From a virus (Duplodnaviria; Caudoviricetes): 59,253 nt of DNA. The translations under genes were made by a program, and so were the position numbers. Under the pieces are notes generated by a model, which saw only the letters and a list, made by a program, of their open reading frames with translations, had not been told where the DNA came from and did no database searches. Location of the stretch: the IMG/VR virus record IMGVR_UViG_3300025889_000131, positions 1 through 59,253 of that record; one strand, 5' to 3'. Below are positions 1-8,105 of this stretch, in pieces (position 1 is the first letter of the stretch; every line of letters starts with the position of its first letter).

Positions 1-625
1 TATAACGCTGCACGTCATTAATGATACCACGCCAATCTGGGTACTTTGCGATAATTAGCTGCTTTAGTACTTTTTCATCATACTCAGAAACATCCTCATT
101 CTCAAGAATAAATTTAATTCTCTTGAAGAACTTAGCAGCCAGAGCAGATGTTTCCTTTTTAGGAATAACAAAATTGACTTCAGTACATCTTGACTTAAGT
201 GCAGGAAGAATCTTGTTTACGTAATTGCAAGTAAGAATAAAACCACAATTCTTACTGAACTCTTCCATAAAACCACGAAGAGCTGGTTGTGTTGACTGTG
301 GATTTAGATAGTCAGCCTCATCAAGAATAACAAACTTACGTCCACCTGAAAATGACGCGGTTGATGCATAATCCTGAATGTCTGTTCGAAGTGTATCAAT
401 ATTTCCACGCATAGATCCATTGATTAGAATATAATCACAACCAACTTCTTCAAGCATGGCCTTGGCGACCGTTGTTTTACCAACACCCTGTGTTCCAGAA
501 AGAATTAAATTAGGCACACCTTTTTCTACAAATGATTCGAAGGTTTTACTCAATTCTTCTGGAAGAATACAGTCTGCAATTTTCTTAGGACGATACTTTT
601 CACACCAAAGAAATTCTTCACTCAT
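1..625 (-). CDS. gp44: Clamp loader AAA+ subunit gp44 (3' end runs off window; missing from ORF track)
   Basis: Manual translation from ATG at 625: MSEEFLWCEKYRP..., Walker A GTQGVGKTT, Walker B ILDEADYL, SRC motif; directly downstream of gp45. Confidence 0.95.
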   Translation of the reverse strand, partial: MSEEFLWCEKYRPKKIADCILPEELSKTFESFVEKGVPNLILSGTQGVGKTTVAKAMLEEVGCDYILINGSMRGNIDTLRTDIQDYASTASFSGGRKFVILDEADYLNPQSTQPALRGFMEEFSKNCGFILTCNYVNKILPALKSRCTEVNFVIPKKETSALAAKFFKRIKFILENEDVSEYDEKVLKQLIIAKYPDWRGIINDVQRY

Positions 626-639
626 AATATAATGACTCC

Positions 640-1278
640 TTACTTACATGTAATCCAATATTTAGCAACTTCGCTTTCAAAGTAAACTGCTTGTTCGTAG
701 ACAGTTACTTTATAATCACCGGGTAGGAATGTCAACTTAGAAACATCGAGTACCGCTTCAAACTCTTTATCAGACTCACCAACTGTTTGATTGAACTGAT
801 TGGCTGTATTGTTCTTGCGATTTGTAACTTTTGCTGTTACGTTTTCTCCGTCACCAGAAAGAATAAAGTCTTCTGCGTTTAGTGTCCCAGCAGCCTTCTT
901 TGCTTTCGAAAAAACTTTTTCTGATACTGTAAATTCAGCAAGAGGATTTTCAAGTTTCAGATTTTTGTCAGGAGGAGAAATAATAGAGTCTGGATGCGCA
1001 AAGAAAAACGTGCCTTTGTTTGATCCATCATTGATAACAGCTTTCTTGTCTTCAATTTCGATTTCATAGTTTTCATCGAATAGACTCAGCATATTTAGAA
1101 AAGAGCTGATGTCATAGATACACATCTCACCATCGATACTTTGCTCAATTTCAAACTCTGCAAGAAAGTTCTTTTGTGGAGACATTGTACGAACAATGCT
1201 TCCTTCTTTAAGAAAAATGGATGGATTGATTAGTGATGCATTCTTAAGAATTTTAATAGTATCGCCACTCAATTGCAT
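640..1278 (-). CDS. gp45: Sliding clamp gp45
   Basis: MQLSGDTIKILKNASLINPSI... and C-terminal LTFLPGDYKV/YWI match the T4 gp45 family; true start probably ATG at 1278 rather than 1461. Confidence 0.92.
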   Translation of the reverse strand: MQLSGDTIKILKNASLINPSIFLKEGSIVRTMSPQKNFLAEFEIEQSIDGEMCIYDISSFLNMLSLFDENYEIEIEDKKAVINDGSNKGTFFFAHPDSIISPPDKNLKLENPLAEFTVSEKVFSKAKKAAGTLNAEDFILSGDGENVTAKVTNRKNNTANQFNQTVGESDKEFEAVLDVSKLTFLPGDYKVTVYEQAVYFESEVAKYWITCK

Positions 1279-1282
1279 TTTA

Positions 1283-1567
1283 TTAGTCCTTTCGCTTATT
1301 TTTAGGAAATTTGATCTGATTTTTGGTCTTTGTTGCCAGATCATCAGCAACATGATAAAACAACATAGCTGTATCTTTGACTCCAAGATGCTGCTTATAA
1401 GCATCCGTTGTAGCAGCAAGAATTCCACCAAGAACAGCACTCGTAGCAATGGATTCTTCATTTACCATTGAGTCTAATTCTAATATATTCTCCGCCATGA
1501 TGTCAATAGTTTGTTTTTTAACTTTTTGGATTTGAAGTTTAATGAGAGCATCTTTACTAACTGGCAT
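1283..1567 (-). CDS. Hypothetical protein
   Basis: Fills the gap in a tightly packed operon; no motif recognised. Confidence 0.6.
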   Translation of the reverse strand: MPVSKDALIKLQIQKVKKQTIDIMAENILELDSMVNEESIATSAVLGGILAATTDAYKQHLGVKDTAMLFYHVADDLATKTKNQIKFPKNKRKD

Positions 1568-1988
1568 ATGAGATCTTTTGCTCCTCTTGTTTTAGATTTC
1601 TGGGAGATGTGTATTCTTTGAGATCTTCATGAACAGAATTAAGAGCAGACATATAATAATGTCTGATCCATTCATGATCAAGAATAACTCTTTCTGTTTT
1701 ACCATCGTTTTGAACACCCACAAGAAATTCAATATCACTGATAATATTTTGTTTTTCATGAAAACGCGGTTCAATGACAAATACATTTTTGAGAAGATGA
1801 CCTTTATCTGCTCTCGCAAAACTGTCTTCGACTGTTTTCTTATAATCATGAGAATGAACAATCATAATAGTGCGGCTGTTCATTTCTTCTACATGATGAG
1901 TAGATCTTCCTGTTCTTCGAGCACCCAAATCTATCATATTGAAAGAATGATTTATCATAAAGTCAAAATCGTCAATTGTCTCAAGCAT
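1557..1988 (-). CDS. Hypothetical protein with degenerate P-loop-like segment
   Basis: Start overlaps the upstream stop; GARRTGRST near the N-terminus. Confidence 0.6.
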   Translation of the reverse strand: MLETIDDFDFMINHSFNMIDLGARRTGRSTHHVEEMNSRTIMIVHSHDYKKTVEDSFARADKGHLLKNVFVIEPRFHEKQNIISDIEFLVGVQNDGKTERVILDHEWIRHYYMSALNSVHEDLKEYTSPRNLKQEEQKISYAS

Positions 1989-2827
1989 TATTTTCTAACC
2001 TCCGCAGCATCAGCAGTTGCGGAAACTCCAACTTGAGCTAAAGCTTCCAGATTACCAGTAAAGTTGTATTTACCAGCATGAGATAATTTCATCCATGGAC
2101 ACATCCAGACTTTAATTCCGATATCTCTTGCCCAACGGCAGAACATGTAATCTTCGGAAAGATATCGATTCGATTTTTCATCAATGACAGTATCAAAGTA
2201 AGCCATGATCTGCCGTGTTCCATCAAAGTGTTTCGTGCGCACATGATCTGGCGTATAGAGTTGCTGTGGGTATGCTTCAGCGAATTTCTCAAATACTCGT
2301 CTTTGGATCATCATAAATCCAGTTCCGCCTTCAGATACTTCTGCTGGCTCATTAATCTTGATTTCACTAACTCCCTCAACTGGATTAAATACGTGATCAC
2401 CAACAAAATTCTCAAGTACATTTGGATTTTCGTCGGCAAATCCTTTATCTACAGCTTTCTTGATTTTCTCCCAGGAAATTGTCTTCTTTGGATAGGGTCC
2501 ACAAACGATATCCTTATCACTATCTGGATCAGCAATAGCAGCCAAAGTCAGAACATCATTAGCATCAAATTGAATATCAGCATCAATGAACATAAGATGG
2601 GTCATATCAGAACGAAGAAATTCATCAACTGTATAATTACGTGCGCGCGTAATAAGACTTTCGTTGAAAAGAAAGAACAGTCTCATATCAATTCCATAAC
2701 GTGTACAGATTGCGGAAAGATCAGCCACAGATTTTGTGTATGTGCCTTCACAAATCCCACCATACATTGGCGTGCCTAAAAAAATCTTTCGTTTTCTAAG
2801 TTCTTCTACTGTAATTTCCATTTCCAT
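1988..2827 (-). CDS. GT-A fold glycosyltransferase-like protein
   Basis: IFLGTPMYGG, ESLITRARN, DxD motif (FIDAD), GTGFMMI, YLSEDYMFC, late H in LSHAG. Confidence 0.8.
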   Translation of the reverse strand: MEMEITVEELRKRKIFLGTPMYGGICEGTYTKSVADLSAICTRYGIDMRLFFLFNESLITRARNYTVDEFLRSDMTHLMFIDADIQFDANDVLTLAAIADPDSDKDIVCGPYPKKTISWEKIKKAVDKGFADENPNVLENFVGDHVFNPVEGVSEIKINEPAEVSEGGTGFMMIQRRVFEKFAEAYPQQLYTPDHVRTKHFDGTRQIMAYFDTVIDEKSNRYLSEDYMFCRWARDIGIKVWMCPWMKLSHAGKYNFTGNLEALAQVGVSATADAAEVRK

Positions 2828-3354
2828 TATACTACTGCTCCAATTCTATCTCTTGCTTTATTAATTTTAACACGCTGTTTTAGTGCTTGTTGCTTATGAT
2901 AACGTGTTGCTCTTTTCAAGAAGTCAATGCCATTGATATGGTCATATTCATGCTGAATAACTCTAGCTGTCATTCCAGTAAAACGGCTGGCTTCAGGCTC
3001 ATTAAATTTGTTTGTCCAACGAAGACGAATACTTTCAGGCCGCTTGATTTTTAAGAATAAACCTGGAAATGATAGACAACCTTCTTCAATATAACATTTC
3101 TCTTCAGATTCATCAACTATTTTTGGATTAAAAATCATTCCAACATCACGTGTCTGATGATTTAAAATTGCAAAGACACTATAAGGATATCCAAGTTGAT
3201 TTGCTGATACTCCAAGAGCCCAGTTCTTTCCATAGAAACAGGACTTGAATGCTTCTTCAAGTTCTTCAATGGGAACCTGTGGATTATCGAAATCAAACGG
3301 TTCTGTTGGTTTATAAAGAATTGGATCTTTGGAATCAACTAATTTGGTCATCAA
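2827..3354 (-). CDS. def: Peptide deformylase
   Basis: All three PDF motifs: GVSANQLG, EGCLS, QHEYDH. Confidence 0.95.
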   Translation of the reverse strand: MMTKLVDSKDPILYKPTEPFDFDNPQVPIEELEEAFKSCFYGKNWALGVSANQLGYPYSVFAILNHQTRDVGMIFNPKIVDESEEKCYIEEGCLSFPGLFLKIKRPESIRLRWTNKFNEPEASRFTGMTARVIQHEYDHINGIDFLKRATRYHKQQALKQRVKINKARDRIGAVV

Positions 3355-3437
3355 TTTCTCTTAGCTTATCAAATATATCTTTGCCAAAAATTTCTTGCAT
3401 AAGAAATTCATATATGTAACGCCCATTATTAAATCTC

Positions 3438-4637
3438 CTATGCAAATTCAAGTTCAGTAATACTTTCGTCCCAGACCTCATGACGCTGTGTATTGTTATC
3501 CTGTAGAAGCTGAGTTGCTTTCATCATTGGAAGTTGACCTTCAAGATATTTCTTAATCTCTGTTGCCATATCTTTAGCTGTCGTCACTGGAACATTCTGA
3601 CAGACATGGTTTAAATTGCGTCTAGGATTGAGCAATTCAAAGTCTGAAGGAAGACCCATAATACCCATGCATTCACGGTATGTCAAAAATCTTTCTTCGA
3701 CTGGGTGAGTCATATTACGTGGAAGATGTCCGACGAAAGCTCCTGTGTAATTTTTAGGTACATAGAGAGCTCTCGTCATGATACCACCACCTGAGTCTAG
3801 TTTTTTCTGACGGCGTTCACATTTCTGAGCTTCTTTTTCATTTCCCTGTTCTCGGAAAAACTTAGCTAACTCTGGAAATGTAATTCCTTTTTTCCGAATA
3901 TATCCAGTCAATTCATATGACTTATCAAGAGATTCCACAAATTCAGCATGTGTCATCCCTGGATGCATTTTGTCCATAATAAAGCAGTAGTATGGATTAT
4001 CTCGAAGTTGTTTTTCGTTTGTCAGTTCTGTTTGAGTATTTCCTTTGAGATTGGAAAGGAATTCTTTGATTGGAGTATATGGACGAGAATAGTATCCCAT
4101 GGTAGGAACATGATCTTTCTCTTTCCAAAAGAAATAAAATGAACGTTGTCTATATTGTGGAAGACCATGAAGCAATGATTTTGTCTTATAGACTGTCATT
4201 GTATATCCGTTGTCTTTACCGATTTTGTAGATACGATCACGAATTTTCTTGCCGGTATTCCCAGCAAATGTAGGAGCGTTTTCACCCCAGAAGACTCTTG
4301 GCTTAATGTTTTCAAGTACATATTCAGCAGTGATAGCCATCCAATCATTTTTTGGATTGTCTGCACCAGAATGATGACTCATAGTACTGAGCCCTGCGCA
4401 TGGGCAAACAGTAGATACAACGTCAACCTCTTTTAGTTTTCTTGGAGGATCATCACCGTCAATGACTCGATACGGAATATCCAATGCTTTCCAGTTATTG
4501 TAGTAATTGATTAAGTGAGAGTCATTTGCTCCAAATGCTTCATATGATGCAATCCATTCTGGAGTTGAACCATAAACTTCATCTGATGCTAAAGAAATTC
4601 CACCAATAAGAGGGATGACACTTGCGTGTGTTATCAT
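3438..4637 (-). CDS. DNA cytosine-C5 methyltransferase-like protein with atypical SAM-binding motifs
   Basis: Motif IV PC (VCPCAGLS), VI ENA, VIII PQYRQR, IX RFLTYRE; motif I reads IPLIGG and motif X reads CQNVP. Confidence 0.85.
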   Translation of the reverse strand: MITHASVIPLIGGISLASDEVYGSTPEWIASYEAFGANDSHLINYYNNWKALDIPYRVIDGDDPPRKLKEVDVVSTVCPCAGLSTMSHHSGADNPKNDWMAITAEYVLENIKPRVFWGENAPTFAGNTGKKIRDRIYKIGKDNGYTMTVYKTKSLLHGLPQYRQRSFYFFWKEKDHVPTMGYYSRPYTPIKEFLSNLKGNTQTELTNEKQLRDNPYYCFIMDKMHPGMTHAEFVESLDKSYELTGYIRKKGITFPELAKFFREQGNEKEAQKCERRQKKLDSGGGIMTRALYVPKNYTGAFVGHLPRNMTHPVEERFLTYRECMGIMGLPSDFELLNPRRNLNHVCQNVPVTTAKDMATEIKKYLEGQLPMMKATQLLQDNNTQRHEVWDESITELEFA

Positions 4638-5509
4638 TCAAACATTCCTTCCAGAGTTTTTACTGGCTCTTTTTTACTTGATTCATAAGCTTTCTTCCAT
4701 TGAATAACTGCTGCGAATTTATCCTGTCCACCCCATTCTCCCATCTTTGCAACCTTTGTTCTGATGGTTACAAATTCTGGAAACTTCCGAGCAAGTTGAG
4801 CCATTGATTTGTTATGGACTTCAAGTGTACGATATTCTGCACAACCACCTTCTGTTTGTGTCAAACCTGGACGCACGCGATATCTAAAACTGATTCGATT
4901 CTTGTATCCTTTGGTAAGCAACTGCAGCAAGATAAAATAATCCTGTGAGCATTTCAATGATGTGAAATCAATTTCTTCTTTTGGAAACGTCTTTCCATTA
5001 TAGAAATGAGCAATTGTCTGTCGCCAACAATCATCGTAATCTTGTTCACGAGGCATATTCCAGGTTGCTTCAAGACCACATGTAACAAACTCATCGAGCC
5101 AGTCGCTAATTTCTTTCATCATATTGTCAAAATAATCTTCGTATCCTTCGCGCTTGACATAATCATTGATTTCTGTATTGACGAGATTGTGCTGATCTTT
5201 TTCGGAGGGGCGTGATGTATAGACAAACTGCATAATGTCATCATCGAAAACAGCATACTTCTGATTACCGGCTTGATAAGCAATCCATTCACGAGTCGGA
5301 CTAAGACCATATTTAAGTGGATCTTCACCTTCTGGTTCTTTGCCTTGACACGGACAGACAAGAACAGGATATCCTTTTTCTTTGAGAGCTTCTTCTTCGT
5401 CAGCTGCAACGACAAGTACTGCTTTTTTCTTCCATTTTTCTGGAAGATAATCGTAAGTAAGTTGATTGTCTACGCGACGATAGGTGGGAATATAAAGAGT
5501 TTCAATCAT
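4634..5509 (-). CDS. DNA base glycosyltransferase (GT-A; T2/T6 beta-glucosyl-HMC-alpha-glucosyltransferase / TET-associated GT family)
   Basis: IPTYRR, GLSPTR, FDDD, DYFILLQLLTKGY, TQTEGGC, HNKSM..LARKFP resemble the recalled family pattern (IPSYQR, GIAGTR, IDDD, AQAPGGC). Confidence 0.8.
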   Translation of the reverse strand: MIETLYIPTYRRVDNQLTYDYLPEKWKKKAVLVVAADEEEALKEKGYPVLVCPCQGKEPEGEDPLKYGLSPTREWIAYQAGNQKYAVFDDDIMQFVYTSRPSEKDQHNLVNTEINDYVKREGYEDYFDNMMKEISDWLDEFVTCGLEATWNMPREQDYDDCWRQTIAHFYNGKTFPKEEIDFTSLKCSQDYFILLQLLTKGYKNRISFRYRVRPGLTQTEGGCAEYRTLEVHNKSMAQLARKFPEFVTIRTKVAKMGEWGGQDKFAAVIQWKKAYESSKKEPVKTLEGMFE

Positions 5510-5511
5510 TG

Positions 5512-6015
5512 TTAATCATCCTTTGGTTCAAATACAACATCAATTTTTTTCTCGGCAGCACAGTAATTACAAACGACCTTTACATGATCTATATATGGGT
5601 GATCGAAGACAGTTTTAAATCCCCACGTTCTAATATCAATATCTTTGCCGTCTTTATATTTTATAACAATAGTTCCTCCGAGATGTACACTGTCATAAAA
5701 ATTTGGATCATTGACAAAACCAGATGATTTCTCTGTTCCATCTAAATCTGTCATTATAACATCTTCAACGGACTTCCAGTTTTTCCAGACATTCTTCATA
5801 TAATGAGTTACTTCTTGCTGAAAGATATCCATCCAATCCCAGACATAATTTACATCTTTCTGATATCTTTCAAGAGATTTACCAAGAATTTCTTCTATAT
5901 CTTTATCGAAATTATTTTCTAAAAATGTATAGTTGGAATCAGCAAATGCGGTTGTTCCAGTTGCCAAAGGAATTGATACAGCAACACCGCTAATCATAAA
6001 GTTACGTCTATTCAT
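5512..6015 (-). CDS. Hypothetical protein with twin-arginine (Tat) signal peptide
   Basis: MNRRNFM followed by a hydrophobic stretch and an AFA cleavage site. Confidence 0.7.
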   Translation of the reverse strand: MNRRNFMISGVAVSIPLATGTTAFADSNYTFLENNFDKDIEEILGKSLERYQKDVNYVWDWMDIFQQEVTHYMKNVWKNWKSVEDVIMTDLDGTEKSSGFVNDPNFYDSVHLGGTIVIKYKDGKDIDIRTWGFKTVFDHPYIDHVKVVCNYCAAEKKIDVVFEPKDD

Positions 6016-6016
6016 C

Positions 6017-6484
6017 TTAAAATTCTCCTAAAATCTCAACCTCAATACCAGTCTCTTCAAAATTCATAAGAGACTGCTTTAGTTTTATTGTCCAAATATT
6101 TTCTGGATCTAGATTTGATACAATGCTGGAAGGCATGATAACACGAGAGATTCCAACCTGAATAATTGCTTTAGAGCAACCGTCACAAATTGGACGACCA
6201 TGGACGTAAAGTACTGATCCTTTTAGCTTTACTCCATTGTATGTAGCATTATATATACAGTTCTCTTCTGCATGCACAGTAAGAGGATACTTTTTTTCTC
6301 TGTTCTCAAGTCTTTCTTGTGTGTCTGCAATTCCACGAGGAAATCCATTGTATCCAATAGACAGCACATAGTTGTCTTCTGGATTGACAGCAACAGCACC
6401 AACTTTTGATGAAGGATCTTTTGACCAAGTAGCTACATGAGCCGCAAGACCCATATATCTTTTATGCCAACTATCTGTAATCAT
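6017..6484 (-). CDS. cd: dCMP deaminase
   Basis: SKDPS.KVGA, GYNGFPRG, HAEEN, PICDGC zinc ligands. Confidence 0.93.
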   Translation of the reverse strand: MITDSWHKRYMGLAAHVATWSKDPSSKVGAVAVNPEDNYVLSIGYNGFPRGIADTQERLENREKKYPLTVHAEENCIYNATYNGVKLKGSVLYVHGRPICDGCSKAIIQVGISRVIMPSSIVSNLDPENIWTIKLKQSLMNFEETGIEVEILGEF

Positions 6485-7190
6485 CTTTCACTTCATTCCA
6501 ATTCTTCTTAGTCATCAAATGATTTCCGGTTTTATACCAAGCCTCTACGCGCCAAAAATCACGTTCGTACACATGAAGACTACCAACCTGCCATGTGATG
6601 ATATATTTCTCAAGTTTCAACATATCAACCATAAGAGATGCAACATGTGATTGCCAAGCATAGTCATTACGATATCCAAACACAACATCATTGCTGCGCA
6701 TTTGCACAACAACTTCAAGTATATTGTTACGAATTAGATATTGCACAGCATTCGTACAGATAAAATCTGAACGACCATTTCTGCAATAATCATTATGCAT
6801 ACTCGGACGATTGTAAATCATTACAGCGCGCCGGCTGTTTGGATTCTTTCTGAGCTCTTCAATAACATTTAGATACTGATTTCCATTGTACTGAGACCAA
6901 ATAAGAAATCCATAGTTAGAATTGATAATGCCATCTTTATCTGCAACCTGCTCCCAGATTTCAGGTACCTTTCCAGGAATATCTTTGACATAAAGAGATT
7001 TTGACTGATACCAAGCCAATTCTCTCTCGATATAGTCATGATTGATCTTTCCGAAAATGGTTGGTTCATCGGCTACAAATGAAGCACCGACGATTTCAAG
7101 AGTCTTTACTCCAGTCTTATCGACAATAAATTCTTTTTCTTCTAAAAGATGACCAAACTCTTCTCTAATTTCGGCCACAAATTTTGTCAT
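6471..7190 (-). CDS. gp42: dCMP hydroxymethylase (thymidylate synthase fold)
   Basis: Closely resembles T4 gp42 (VDKTGVKT.EI.GASFVADEP, INSNYG, DFICTN, MRSNDVVFGYRNDYAWQ with the dCMP-specifying Asp, GSLHVY); start at 7190 with a GAGG RBS. Confidence 0.92.
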   Translation of the reverse strand: MTKFVAEIREEFGHLLEEKEFIVDKTGVKTLEIVGASFVADEPTIFGKINHDYIERELAWYQSKSLYVKDIPGKVPEIWEQVADKDGIINSNYGFLIWSQYNGNQYLNVIEELRKNPNSRRAVMIYNRPSMHNDYCRNGRSDFICTNAVQYLIRNNILEVVVQMRSNDVVFGYRNDYAWQSHVASLMVDMLKLEKYIITWQVGSLHVYERDFWRVEAWYKTGNHLMTKKNWNEVKDDYR

Positions 7191-7197
7191 TACTGCC

Positions 7198-7695
7198 TCA
7201 TTTAAATGTTCCGTACTGATTATTGAAAATGTCTCTGTTGTGTATGTCTTGTCCTTCCATCTCACCACGTAAATATGTTACTGCGAAAGAACAATAATTG
7301 ATGATGTCTTTATATGTATCCTCGATTCCTTCATGATTTGGTTCCTGAGTAGAACCATTTTCAGCAGCTTCAAGTAAACTGCGAGCTCGAAGTACTTTTT
7401 GCTCAATCATATCATGAATAGTAGAAATACCACGGCGATAATGCATGGCTTGTTTCACAGAAGATTTTGGATTTTGATAGTCTCGAGATTTACTGTTCTG
7501 CAGATCAATACATTCCTCAAGTACTATAACTGAATGTCTCTTTTCTGTGGCATAATCAGAATGTAGTCCCCCTCTTTCAGTAACTCCAATAACTTCCATT
7601 TGTCCAGAACCGTCATCTTGAATGGGTTCTTTTCGGATCCGCCAATATTGGTCTTTCCTTGGATATGTTGTGCCGTACGACATCTTTGCTGTCAT
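7198..7695 (-). CDS. Nucleotide-modification-associated (Nmad1/DUF1599-like, all-alpha NTP-PPase) protein
   Basis: KSRDY...K.LR...EGIEDTYKDIINY pattern; adjacent to gp42. Confidence 0.65.
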   Translation of the reverse strand: MTAKMSYGTTYPRKDQYWRIRKEPIQDDGSGQMEVIGVTERGGLHSDYATEKRHSVIVLEECIDLQNSKSRDYQNPKSSVKQAMHYRRGISTIHDMIEQKVLRARSLLEAAENGSTQEPNHEGIEDTYKDIINYCSFAVTYLRGEMEGQDIHNRDIFNNQYGTFK

Positions 7696-8105
7696 TAATT
7701 GTTCTCCTCGAAAATTCCATGATTGCCTTTATGACTCGGTCCTTCCCAACCTTCAGGTTTAATAAGATCCGGCAGACCAAGTTTGTTTGGACGAGATTTA
7801 TTGACACCTCGTTTCTTGGCCATATTTGCTCTCAATACTTCGTCCCATGCTTTATTAGCATCTACATCCATTATATCAAGAGTTCCAATAGCGACAACAC
7901 ATAAATCAATCAATCCGTCAATAATTTCTTCAGGATCTTTCTCTTTAATAGCAGTCTCTGTTTCTTTCAACTCTTCTTTAAGAAAATTCAAACGAAACTT
8001 TAGATGTTCCCAAATCTTTTTCTGGTTATCTTCATCTTGAAGCCAATCATGTACTCCATAATGCTGATGCATGCTGAAAATATCTTGGTACCAATTGTAA
8101 CTCAT
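7695..8105 (-). CDS. MazG-like NTP pyrophosphohydrolase (candidate dCTPase/dUTPase)
   Basis: EELKE...EIIDGLID acidic motif, EVLRANMAK, DLIKPEGW. Confidence 0.8.
   Translation of the reverse strand: MSYNWYQDIFSMHQHYGVHDWLQDEDNQKKIWEHLKFRLNFLKEELKETETAIKEKDPEEIIDGLIDLCVVAIGTLDIMDVDANKAWDEVLRANMAKKRGVNKSRPNKLGLPDLIKPEGWEGPSHKGNHGIFEENN

Noticed and set aside
1279-1461. N-terminal extension of gp45 in the ORF track
   Set aside because: Overlaps another gene; gp45 homology begins at MQLSGDT (1278)
3355-3437. Possible 21-aa ORF or gene remnant between the MTase-like gene and def
   Set aside because: Too short to support, although an AGGAG precedes an ATG
7191-7268. Extended N-terminus of gp42
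   Set aside because: Overlaps the upstream gene; RBS and homology favour the start at 7190
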